Source: an uncultured Acidimicrobiales bacterium (GTDB taxonomy: Bacteria > Actinomycetota > Acidimicrobiia > Acidimicrobiales > CAWCAL01). From it: DNA of 64,000 bases. The stretch is taken from contig CAVONU010000006.1 of assembly GCA_963697385.1 (NCBI GenBank), forward strand, positions 13,424-77,423, given 5' to 3'. The position numbers were made by a program, and so were the translations under genes. The notes under the pieces are model-generated. The model did no database searches, was not told the DNA's origin, and saw nothing but the letters and a program-made list of their open reading frames with translations. Positions 36,994 to 46,300 of this stretch are shown one piece after another (within the stretch, counting starts at the first letter, position 1; each line of letters begins with the position of its first letter).

Positions 36994-38310
36994 GTGACCG
37001 GCGTCTTCATCTCCTACCGGCGCAGCGACACGGCGGGATGGGCGGGGCGTCTGGCCGATCACCTGAAGTCGGCGTTCGGCGACGAGCGGGTGTTCATCGA
37101 CGTCAGCGACATCGACCCCGGTGACGACTTCGAGCACGCCATCGACGCCATGCTCGATCGCGTCGACGCCGTCGTCGTCATGATCGGGCCCGAGTGGACC
37201 ACCGTCGAGGACGACCGCGGACTCCGGTTGGCCCGGCAGGACGACCATGTCCGTCGTGAGGTGGCCGACGCACTGCGGTCGGACGTGCGGGTCCTTCCGG
37301 TCCTCGTCGACGGAGCTGTCATGCCGGGCGCCGACCAGTTGCCAGAGGACCTCCAACCGCTGACCAGGAAGAACGCCATCGCGGTGTCGGGCACCGGCTT
37401 CCGCTCGGACCTGGACCAGATCGTCCGGATGCTGCGCCGCGAGCTGCCCTGGTACGCACGCCCGCCCCGCAAGCTCGCCATCGCCGGCGCCCTCGCCCTG
37501 CTGGTGATCGCCGCGCTGGTCGGGCTGGTGGTGGCCCTGAGCGGCGACGACCAGACGAGCGGTGACGCCGTCGCCGGAGCCAAGCCGGGTGGCGAGGCGT
37601 CGGTCGAGGAGTCGACGACCACCAGCAGGAGCACCAGCACGAGCTCGACGACCGCTCCGGTCGGATCGGCGATCGTGGTCACGTCCACGTTGGCAGGCAA
37701 CACCACAGGACAACGCATCGAGTGGATCGTGCCGGAGGAGTCCGTGGACGAGGCCTCCGAGGTTCAGCGCGATGACCCGACAGAGTTCGGTGCGCTGGCA
37801 CGTGATCGGGGCTGGGTGGCCACGAGCTTCAGCTCGGACGAGTCGCTCACCGTCGTGTCGGTCATCCAGGGGACCCCCCGCCTCGCTGACGAGAACCTCT
37901 CCGTCGCCGTCACCGGCTTCCGGATCGAGGTGCTCGACGCCACCACACCCGCCGCGGGTGCAGTTGTCGACCGAGGGCCACCTCTGCCCCTGACCGACGA
38001 CTTCCGCATCGACGCCAAGGTGCTCCTTCCCCCGTCGGTCGAGGTCCCGCCTCGCGTGGACCTCGAGGTCGATGGCGAACCGGTGGAAGTGCTCAGGCCG
38101 TTCAGCCTCAGCGCTACGGACAGCTTCTTCCTGACGATCGAAGTCGACACCAGCCAGTGCACCTGCACCTGGCTGGGCGAGATGGACGTCCTGCTGGCCG
38201 GCCAGCTCCACACGTATCCCATCGTCGACGAGGAAGGCGAGCCGTTCATCACGAGTGGCTGGGACAACGTCACCGGAGTCGTCGAGCCGGCCCCACCGCC
38301 CGAGAGCTGA
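36994..38310 (+). CDS. TIR domain - single TM - extracellular domain protein
   Basis: VFISYRRSD box 1, VFIDV..I.PGDDF, HVRREV (catalytic Glu), VLPVLVDGA.MP; TM LAIAGALALLVIAALVGLVVAL; S/T-rich stalk; beta-rich ectodomain with CTC. Confidence 0.9.
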   Translation: MTGVFISYRRSDTAGWAGRLADHLKSAFGDERVFIDVSDIDPGDDFEHAIDAMLDRVDAVVVMIGPEWTTVEDDRGLRLARQDDHVRREVADALRSDVRVLPVLVDGAVMPGADQLPEDLQPLTRKNAIAVSGTGFRSDLDQIVRMLRRELPWYARPPRKLAIAGALALLVIAALVGLVVALSGDDQTSGDAVAGAKPGGEASVEESTTTSRSTSTSSTTAPVGSAIVVTSTLAGNTTGQRIEWIVPEESVDEASEVQRDDPTEFGALARDRGWVATSFSSDESLTVVSVIQGTPRLADENLSVAVTGFRIEVLDATTPAAGAVVDRGPPLPLTDDFRIDAKVLLPPSVEVPPRVDLEVDGEPVEVLRPFSLSATDSFFLTIEVDTSQCTCTWLGEMDVLLAGQLHTYPIVDEEGEPFITSGWDNVTGVVEPAPPPES

Positions 38311-38311
38311 C

Positions 38312-39988
38312 GTGCCGCGCCGCCTCCATCTCGCCCGCGCCGTCTTCCTCGGCATCGCAGTGGCTGCCGCCGTCCTCGGCTGGGTGGGCATACGCGAGCA
38401 CATCCTGTCCGAACAGGGGGATGCCAGCACCGCGAACATCGCCTACGGGGTGGTCACGCTGTTCGTGGCACCGAGCCTGCGCTCGACCGGCGAGATCTCG
38501 CTGGCGCTGCGCGTCGCACAGATCGCCGCCCTCGCCGCCACCGGCTTCGTCGCGTTCGACTTGTTCCGCGCCACACTCCTGGACCGCTGTCGACAGCTCA
38601 GGATGGGGCGACGGACCGGCCACGTCGCCGTGGTCGGCGTCGGTGAGACCGGGTCCCTGCTGGCCTCCCAACTGGTGGAGACGGGCGAACCGGTCGTCGC
38701 CGGAATCGACGCCGCCCCCGACCATCGAGCGAAGGACCTCTTCGACCGACCCGGGTGGGCGCTGTTCGCCGGCGACGCCACCAACCCGGCCGTTCTCGAG
38801 CGGTCCAGCATCGCGGACGCCCGGACCGTCTACGTCGCCACCGGGCACGACGGAACGGACGTCTCGGTCACCCGGCAGCTGCGGAAGCTGATGGAGTCCG
38901 GGACCCGTACGCCGCCCCCGCGCATCAGGGTGCAGATCGACTCACCGGATCTGTGCCGCAGGCTGGAACAGGAGGAGCTGGCGAACCCGGCCGCGTCGCC
39001 GGTGGAGGTCGAATACATCAACCACCTCCAGCTGGCCGCCTCGGCCGTGCTCGAACACGTCTCCGAGCACCTCGCTCGGGTCTGTGGGGTCGGACCCCAC
39101 GCGGAGCTGGCCGACCGCCTGGTCCTGGTGGGGAGCTCGCGGCTCCTGCGGGAGATCCTCTCCCTCGTCGGACGAGGCCACCGGGCCCGCACCCTGATGG
39201 GGGTCGCCACCACGTTCGCCGTCGAGCCGACCGGGGTCCTGACCGATCCACCGTCAACGGCGGAGCCGGCGACCCCGGACGGTCCGACCGTTCCCGGGGT
39301 CGTGGTCGTCCAGACCGACGACCCCCAGGAGACCATCGCCACGGCCGTCGACGTCTCCCGCACCCACCCCGGCTACCACGTCTTCGCGCTGACGCCGATG
39401 GCGGGTCCGCCGATCGTCACGACCGCGCGCGACGACGTGGGTCCGGTCGTCATCGTCGACCCCGAACGACTGGTGCAGTCTCCCGACGTGCTCTCGGCCG
39501 GGACCGTCGAGCTGATGGCCCGCCTGATCCACCTCGACTACCTCGTCTCCCAGGGGGTCGACAGCGGTGCGGCCCCTGACCCCGCGTCGCCCGCGAAGAG
39601 GCCCTGGGCGGAGCTGTCCCCGGCGTTCAGGGAGGCCAACCGGGATCAGGCCCGCGACGTCGGGCGCAAGGTCGAGGCCGTCGGCTGCGTGCTCAGCGAG
39701 ACGCGTCGGGAACCCGCCGTACTCACCGACGACGAGATCGAGCAACTGGCGCGGATGGAACACGAGCGCTGGTCCGACGAGCGCCGCCGGGCCGGATGGA
39801 CGTGGGCCGAAACGCGCCATGACGAGGCGAGGACCCACCCCGACCTCCGCCCGTACGATGAGCTCGACGAGGAGGCGAAGGAGAAGGACCGACGGGCCGT
39901 GAGGAGGATGCACGTCCTGTCCGCGTTCCTGGGTCTGATCATCGTCCGCCGTCAGCCAGCCGAGACCACCGGCACCGGGGCCGGCTGA
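38312..39988 (+). CDS. two-TM + TrkA-N (RCK) + RyR-repeat domain protein
   Basis: Two N-terminal hydrophobic helices; HVAVVGVGETG Rossmann motif, GDAT; C-terminal PWAELSPAFREANRDQA...LARMEHERW...GW...HPDLRPYDELDEEAKEKDR (RyR repeat). Starts 1 nt after the TIR stop. Confidence 0.88.
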   Translation: MPRRLHLARAVFLGIAVAAAVLGWVGIREHILSEQGDASTANIAYGVVTLFVAPSLRSTGEISLALRVAQIAALAATGFVAFDLFRATLLDRCRQLRMGRRTGHVAVVGVGETGSLLASQLVETGEPVVAGIDAAPDHRAKDLFDRPGWALFAGDATNPAVLERSSIADARTVYVATGHDGTDVSVTRQLRKLMESGTRTPPPRIRVQIDSPDLCRRLEQEELANPAASPVEVEYINHLQLAASAVLEHVSEHLARVCGVGPHAELADRLVLVGSSRLLREILSLVGRGHRARTLMGVATTFAVEPTGVLTDPPSTAEPATPDGPTVPGVVVVQTDDPQETIATAVDVSRTHPGYHVFALTPMAGPPIVTTARDDVGPVVIVDPERLVQSPDVLSAGTVELMARLIHLDYLVSQGVDSGAAPDPASPAKRPWAELSPAFREANRDQARDVGRKVEAVGCVLSETRREPAVLTDDEIEQLARMEHERWSDERRRAGWTWAETRHDEARTHPDLRPYDELDEEAKEKDRRAVRRMHVLSAFLGLIIVRRQPAETTGTGAG

Positions 39989-40027
39989 CACCCGGTAGAG
40001 CAACTCCGCGGCCCGACCGGCGATGCC

Positions 40028-40777
40028 TCAACCCGTCTCCGCCCCGAGGATCCGCTCCTCGACCCGACGCAGCTGGTCGCCGGCGTCCACCCCGACCTCG
40101 CTCAGCGCCCGGTCCAGCCGGTGGCAGGCGCGTAGGGCGTCCACGCGGCGCTCGCTGCGGAGGAGCGCCTCGATGAGCAGATACCAGAGGTGCTCCCGAT
40201 AGGGATGCTCCTCGACCGCGCTCTCCAGCTCGGCCACCACGATCTCGTAGTTGCCGAGCGCCAGCTCCGCCTCCATCTCCAGCTCCATCACCCCGACGCG
40301 CAGCTCCTCCAGGCGTTGCGCCTCGAGTCGGAACGTCTCGTCGTCGTACAGATCCCCGAACGGATCGCCGCGCCAGAGCGCCAGGGCCTCCCGGCAGAGC
40401 GCCTGGCAGCGCTCCGGCTCCGAGCGGAACTCGGTGGCGCGGAGCAGCAGGTCCTCGAATCGCAGCGCGTCGATCTGATCGCGTCGCACCGCGAGGCGGT
40501 AGGCATGATCGACGTGCTCCAACACCTCGCCCCCGATCACGTGACGGACCCGGGAGACGTAGGTCTGCAGCGAGTTGTCCGCCGACCTGGGCGGCGAGTC
40601 ACCCCAGAGTCCCGCCCGCAGCCGGTCGATCGACACGGCCCGACCCGCACCCAGAACCAGCATGCCGAGCAGGGCGCGGCAGTGACGACTCCCGATCGGT
40701 TGGGCGCCAGTTTCGGTCAGCAGATCGATCGGTCCCAGTACCCGGATGACATCGTCGCGCCGCATCGTCGTATCCAA
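40028..40777 (-). CDS. SARP/AfsR-type regulator (wHTH + BTAD only)
   Basis: VLGPIDL, LWGDSPPRSADNSLQTYVSRVR, ALALWRGDPF, HPYREHLWYLLIEAL. Confidence 0.9.
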   Translation of the reverse strand: MDTTMRRDDVIRVLGPIDLLTETGAQPIGSRHCRALLGMLVLGAGRAVSIDRLRAGLWGDSPPRSADNSLQTYVSRVRHVIGGEVLEHVDHAYRLAVRRDQIDALRFEDLLLRATEFRSEPERCQALCREALALWRGDPFGDLYDDETFRLEAQRLEELRVGVMELEMEAELALGNYEIVVAELESAVEEHPYREHLWYLLIEALLRSERRVDALRACHRLDRALSEVGVDAGDQLRRVEERILGAETG

Positions 40778-40936
40778 TCCTCGACCCGATCGTGCTCCCC
40801 CGCGATCCGTTCAGCCAGGGTCCAACGTCAGTTCAGCGACCCGCACGCGCCCATGGTTCGAGCCACGCGGCGGGGTCAAGGTCAGCAGCGCAGACTGAAG
40901 CCGAGAGAGAAGGACAGAGAGAGGAAAGGAGTGAAG

Positions 40937-41443
40937 ATGTCAAAGCTGCTCGAACGACCAGAAGAACAGCTCTCCACCGAGAGCGACACCTTGGTGCACG
41001 AGGCTCCGAAGCGGACCGAGCTTCCCCCCACGGCACCCTTGGCGCCCGAGACGCCCCCGCAGCGCCGGCCGATCCGCTGGATGCGCTGGCTCGCCGTCTT
41101 CGTCGTCCTCATCGTCGGTGCCGCCACCGTGGCGGTGCTGGTGACCCGAGATGACGGATCCGAGCTTGCGACGCGGGCGACCCCCCGCAGCGCCCTCAAC
41201 GGCGAAGTCTGGGCCGAGCCCGTGACGCGGCCGACCCCCCGCAGCGCCCTCAACGGCGAAGTCTGGGCCGAGCCCGTGACGCGGCCGACCCCCCGCAGCG
41301 CCCTCAACGGCGAAGTCTGGGCCGAGCCCGTGACGCGGCCGACCCCCCGCAGCGCCGTCAACGGCGAGGTCTGGGCCGAGGTCGACACGAACACGCCGAT
41401 CAGCGCCGTCGGTGGCGAGGTGTGGAGCGAATCCACCTCGTGA
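40937..41443 (+). CDS. single-TM protein with C-terminal 18-aa tandem repeats
   Basis: AGGAAAGGAG RBS; TM WLAVFVVLIVGAATVAVLV; repeats TPRSALNGEVWAEPVTRP. Confidence 0.75.
   Translation: MSKLLERPEEQLSTESDTLVHEAPKRTELPPTAPLAPETPPQRRPIRWMRWLAVFVVLIVGAATVAVLVTRDDGSELATRATPRSALNGEVWAEPVTRPTPRSALNGEVWAEPVTRPTPRSALNGEVWAEPVTRPTPRSAVNGEVWAEVDTNTPISAVGGEVWSESTS
41178..41439 (+). repeat. 54-bp coding tandem repeat: 3 perfect copies plus 2 degenerate
   Basis: Units start at 41178, 41232, 41286 and 41340; in frame with no spacers. Confidence 0.95.
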
Positions 41444-41571
41444 CAGGAAACTCGCCAGCACCACTCATCGTGGTGTTGGCGGGCTTTCGTCCGTTCGGGG
41501 TCGCCCGCTGAGCGTGCGGCCACCCGGGGAGCCAGGAGCCCGCACGGACCACCCGAGTAGATTGGCGTGAC

Positions 41572-43296
41572 ATGCCGGTCGACCCCAACGCCCCCCGTTC
41601 GCGGGCAGCCCGGCTGATGGATCACCTTCCGGCGACGGGATGGATGCGCAACTACGACCGAGCCGATCTTCGAGGCGATCTACTGGCCGCGCTCGTCATC
41701 ACGGCGTTGATGGTGCCCCAGTCACTGGGCTACGCAGCCCTCGCCGGGGCGCCCGTCCAAGCCGGGCTCTACGCGATCCCGTTGGCCCTGATCGCCTACG
41801 CGCTGTTGGGCTCGTCGCCCCAGCTGGTGGTCGGCCCGGTCTCGACCGTTTCGGTCCTGACCGGCTCCATCGTCGCCGCTCGGCGCCTGTTCGACCCGTC
41901 CGAAGCGCTCGCCGTGGTGACGACTCTGGCGATCATCTCCGGGGTGATCCTGCTGGTGGCCGGCCTCCTCCGGATCGGGTGGGTCGCCGAGTTCCTCTCC
42001 AAGCCGATCATCACCGGGTTCGTGTTCGGCCTCTCGATCGTGATCGTCATCGGAGAGTCCGCGACGTTGCTGGGGCTCCCCCGAGTGACGGGCAGTGCCT
42101 TCAACCAGGTACGGGGGATCGCCAGGAACATCGGCGATGTCGACGCCACGACCGCGGCCATCGGCGCCGTGACCCTGGCCGTGCTGTTCCTCGGCCCGAA
42201 GCTGAGTCGGGTCGTGCCGTGGGGACTGCTCATGGTCGTGGCGGGTCTGATCGGGTCCCGTATCGCCGATCTGGCCGCGGAGGGCGTCGCGGTGGTGGGC
42301 GACGTTCCCTCCGGCCTCCCAGCACCGAGCGTGCCCGACCTGGCGGCCTCCGAGGTAGCGCTTCTCGTGGTCAGCGGCGCCGCGCTCGCCATGGTGGGCC
42401 TGGCGGAGACGCTCAGCGCCGCCCGACTCTTCGCCGTGAGGAACGGCTACCAGATCAACGCGGATCAGGAGTTCGTCGCCACCGGCGTCGCCAATATCGC
42501 CGCCGGCTTCTCGGGTGGCCTCGGGGTCGGCGGCAGCCTGTCCAAGACCGCGGCCTCGGACAACGCCGGTGGCCGTTCGCAGGTCACCGGACTGGCGGCC
42601 ACGGTGCTCGTGCTGCTGGTCCTGCTCCTGTTCGCCTCGTCGCTCAGCACCCTGCCGCGCGCCGTGCTCTCCGCCGTCGTCATCCACGCCGTGTGGGGAC
42701 TGATGGACATCGGGGCCATCCGCCGGTACCGGCGGATCCGACGCAACGACTTCGTCGGCGCGATGGCGGCCCTGATCGGCGTCCTGGTCCTCGGCACGCT
42801 CTACGGCCTGCTGTTCGCCGTGGCGCAGTCGGTCCTCGGTCTGGTCTACCGCTCGGTGCAGGTCGAGGTCGACGTCATGGGCAAGGTCGAGGGCGAGAAG
42901 GCGGCGTGGGGATCCCTCGGCCGCAACCCCGCCCACCGCACCCAGGACGGCATCCTGATCCTGCGCCTCAGCGCTCCGCTGTTCTGGGTCAACGCCGCGA
43001 AGGCGTCGCAGCTGATCATGCAAGAGGTCCTGACGACCGCCGAGATGCCGCGGGCCGTGATCATCGATCTCGAGGCGACCAACCAGCTGGACACCACCAG
43101 CGCCGACGTCCTGCTCCAGCTCATCCAGCGACTCCAGCGCCGGGAGATCGACGTCTACCTGGTTCGGGTGATGTACCCGGCCCGTCGGGTGTTGCGCCGA
43201 ACCGGCGTCACCGACTTGATCGGCACCAGCCACATGTGGCGGACCATCTCCCAGGGGGTGAAGGCGGCGAAGCGCGCCGCGAAAGACGGGACGTGA
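41572..43296 (+). CDS. sulP: SulP/SLC26 anion transporter with STAS domain (intact)
   Basis: MVPQSLGYAALAG, GPVSTVS, DQEFVATG, GGSLSKT, PLFWVNA, IIDLEATNQLDTTS. Confidence 0.93.
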   Translation: MPVDPNAPRSRAARLMDHLPATGWMRNYDRADLRGDLLAALVITALMVPQSLGYAALAGAPVQAGLYAIPLALIAYALLGSSPQLVVGPVSTVSVLTGSIVAARRLFDPSEALAVVTTLAIISGVILLVAGLLRIGWVAEFLSKPIITGFVFGLSIVIVIGESATLLGLPRVTGSAFNQVRGIARNIGDVDATTAAIGAVTLAVLFLGPKLSRVVPWGLLMVVAGLIGSRIADLAAEGVAVVGDVPSGLPAPSVPDLAASEVALLVVSGAALAMVGLAETLSAARLFAVRNGYQINADQEFVATGVANIAAGFSGGLGVGGSLSKTAASDNAGGRSQVTGLAATVLVLLVLLLFASSLSTLPRAVLSAVVIHAVWGLMDIGAIRRYRRIRRNDFVGAMAALIGVLVLGTLYGLLFAVAQSVLGLVYRSVQVEVDVMGKVEGEKAAWGSLGRNPAHRTQDGILILRLSAPLFWVNAAKASQLIMQEVLTTAEMPRAVIIDLEATNQLDTTSADVLLQLIQRLQRREIDVYLVRVMYPARRVLRRTGVTDLIGTSHMWRTISQGVKAAKRAAKDGT

Positions 43297-43308
43297 GCCG
43301 CCCCAGCG

Positions 43309-46300
43309 TCAGCTGTTCGACCAGACCCGGTTGCTGTCCCCGTCGTTGGCGGCGACCGCGTCGAGATCGCCGTCCCCATCGAGATCCGCCAGGATCATGC
43401 CCTCCGTCGCATTACTCGCGAGCGTCTGGGTCGAGTCGGTGAACGTCCCGGTGCCGTCGTTGAGCCACACGGTGTTCGCCCCCACGTGATCGCCGAACAC
43501 GAGGTCCAGGTCGCCATCGCCGTCGAGGTCGCCGGCGTCGATCGAGCGGCTGTGACCGAGTCCCAGGATCTGGCCGGAATCGGTGAACGTCCCGGAGCCG
43601 TCGTTGAACCAGACGGTGTCACCCTCGTTGTCGCCCGCGAAGGCGATGTCCACATCTCCGTCCCCGTCCAGATCCCGGAGCACCGAATCGTGCGTCCGCC
43701 CGATGCCCAGCGCCTGCCCGCTGTCGCTGAACGTCCCCGCTCCATCGTTGAACCAGACGGTGTCATCGGCGCCGTCGTTCGAGAAGACGAGGTCGGGATC
43801 ATCGTCACCGTCCAGATCGGCGAACGACACGCCCGCGGTCGGCCCCGGTCCGAGGGACTGGCCGCTGTTCGAGAACGTACCGGACCCATCGTTGAGCCAC
43901 ACGGCGTTGGCCTGGCCGAGATTGCCGAACGACAGATCGAGATCGCCGTCGCCATCGACGTCGGCCACGGCGACATCCGTGGTGCGCGAATAGCCCAACG
44001 CCTGTCCGCTGTTCGTGAACGCCCCCATGCCGTCGTTGAACCAGACGGTGTTCGGCTCGGCGGCGTCGTTGGCGAACACGGCGTCGAGGTCACCGTCACC
44101 GTCCACGTCGCCCAGCGCCACCGCCAGGCTCCACGCGTTTCCGAGCGTCTGGGTCGAATCCGCGAACACCCCGGCACCGTTGTTGAACCACACGGTGTTG
44201 GGGCCGCCCTCGGTGGCGAAGACCGCGTCGAGATCTCCGTCGCCGTCGAGATCCCCGATCCCGACCCCACGCGAATTTCCCGAACCCAGATCCTGCCCGG
44301 TATCGGAGAAGCTCGCACCCGACGGGACGGTCGGCGAAGCGTCACACAGGTCGCCGATGCCGTCACCGTCGGTGTCCAGCTGCATGGGGTTGAAGTCGAA
44401 CGGGCAGTTGTCCACGCCGGCGGCGATCCCGTCGAAGTCCTCTGGCGGGCTGACGGCGACCACGACCGTCGCGCTGTCCTCGGTGCCGGCGTAGTCCCGA
44501 ATGGTGTAGGTGAACGCGTCGCCTACCGTCGCCGAGCCGTCATGGGTGTAGGTGGCGGTGCCGTCGCCGTTGTCGACGGCGGTCCCGTTCGTCCCGTCCG
44601 TGACATCGACGATCAACAGCGGACCGAGGTCGGGATTCAGGTCGTTCAACCGCAGGTCGACCGTGGTCGCCGATCCTCCCTGGCTCACGTCGAGGGTGTC
44701 GTCGGTGGCGACCGGCGGGTCGTAGGTCGGCAACACGCCCAGGGTGACCTTGCCCGACGTCGAGACGGCACCGGCCGGGTCGGTGATCGTGTACCTGAAC
44801 GAGTCGGTCCCGAAGAAGTCCGGATCCGGCGTGTAATGGAACGTTCCGTCCCCGTTGTTCACCAGCACCCCGTTGGCCACCGGCGACACCACGGCCGCGC
44901 TCGACGCCACCACCGGATGATCGACATCGGAGTCGTCCTCGGTCACGTCAGCGGTCGTGAACGCCGTGTCCTCCGCCGTGAGGAAACCCAGACCGCCGTC
45001 GGCGGAGACGATCGGCGGATCGTTGACGGACGACACCGTGAGGGTGACCGTGGCCGCAGCCGACACCGCCCCCGCCGGGTCCGTGATCGTGTACGTGAAT
45101 GCATCGGTCCCGAAGAAGTCCGGATCCGGCGTGTACGTGAACGTCCCGTCACCCTCGTTCACCAACCCACCGTCGGACACCGACGACACCACCGCCACAC
45201 TCGACGCCACCACCGGATGATCAACATCCGAGTCGTTCGCCGTCACATCACCCGTCGTGAACGCCACATCCTCCGACGTCACGAACCCCACCCCGCCGTC
45301 GTCTCCTGCGACCGGCGGGTCATTGACCCCGGTCACGACCAGGACCACCGTCGCCGGGTCGGACACCGCCCCCGCCGCATCCGTGATCGTGTACGTGAAC
45401 GCATCGGTCCCGAAGAACTCCGGATCCGGCGTGTACGTGAACGTCCCATCACCCTCGTTCACCAACCCACCATTGTTCGTTGGCGTGTCCACGGCCACAC
45501 TCGACGCCACCACCGGATGATCGGCATCGGAGTCGTTCGCCGTCACATCACCCGTCGTGAACGCCACATCCTCCGACGTCACGAACCCCACCCCGCCGTC
45601 GTCTCCTGCGACCGGCGGGTCATTGACCCCGGTCACGACCAGGACCACCGTCGCCGGGTCGGACACCGCCCCCGCCGCATCCGTGATCGTGTACGTGAAC
45701 GCATCGGTCCCGAAGAACTCCGCGTCCGGCGTGTACGTGAAGGTGCCGTCCCCGCTGTCGACGAGGTCGCCGTCGGTCACCGACGACACCACCGCCACAC
45801 TCGACGCCACCACGGGATGATCCACGTCGGAGTCGTTCGCGGTCACATCACCCGTCGTGAACCCGACATCCTCCGACGTCACGAACCCCACCCCGCCGTC
45901 GTCCCCCGCCACCGGCGCATCATTCACCGGCGACACCGTGAGGGTGACCGTGGCCGCAGCCGACACCGCCCCCGCCGCATCCGTGATCGTGTACGTGAAC
46001 GCATCGGTCCCGAAGAAGTCCGGATCCGGCGTGTACGTGAACGTCCCATCACCCTCGTTCACCAACCCACCATTGTTCGTTGGCGTGTCCACGGCGACAG
46101 AAGTCGCCACCACCGGATGATCGGCATCCGTGTCGTTGGCGGTCACATCACCCGTCGTGAACGCCACATCCTCCGACGTCACGAAGCCCACCCCGCCGTC
46201 GTCTCCTGCAACCGGCGGGTCGTTGACGACGACCACGACGATGGTCACCATGGCCGGCGCCGACACCGCCCCCGCCGCATCCGTGATCGTGTACGTGAAG

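Noticed and set aside
31868-38439. Very long versions of ORFs 31868-34570 and 35662-38439 (also 1973-2998, 5906-7174, 16972-18795)
   Set aside because: The N-terminal extensions overlap real genes on the other strand or frame; RBS-supported internal starts give coherent proteins.
41178-41439. Tandem repeat as a possible CRISPR array
   Set aside because: Contiguous 54-bp units without unique spacers, in frame within a CDS; no cas genes.
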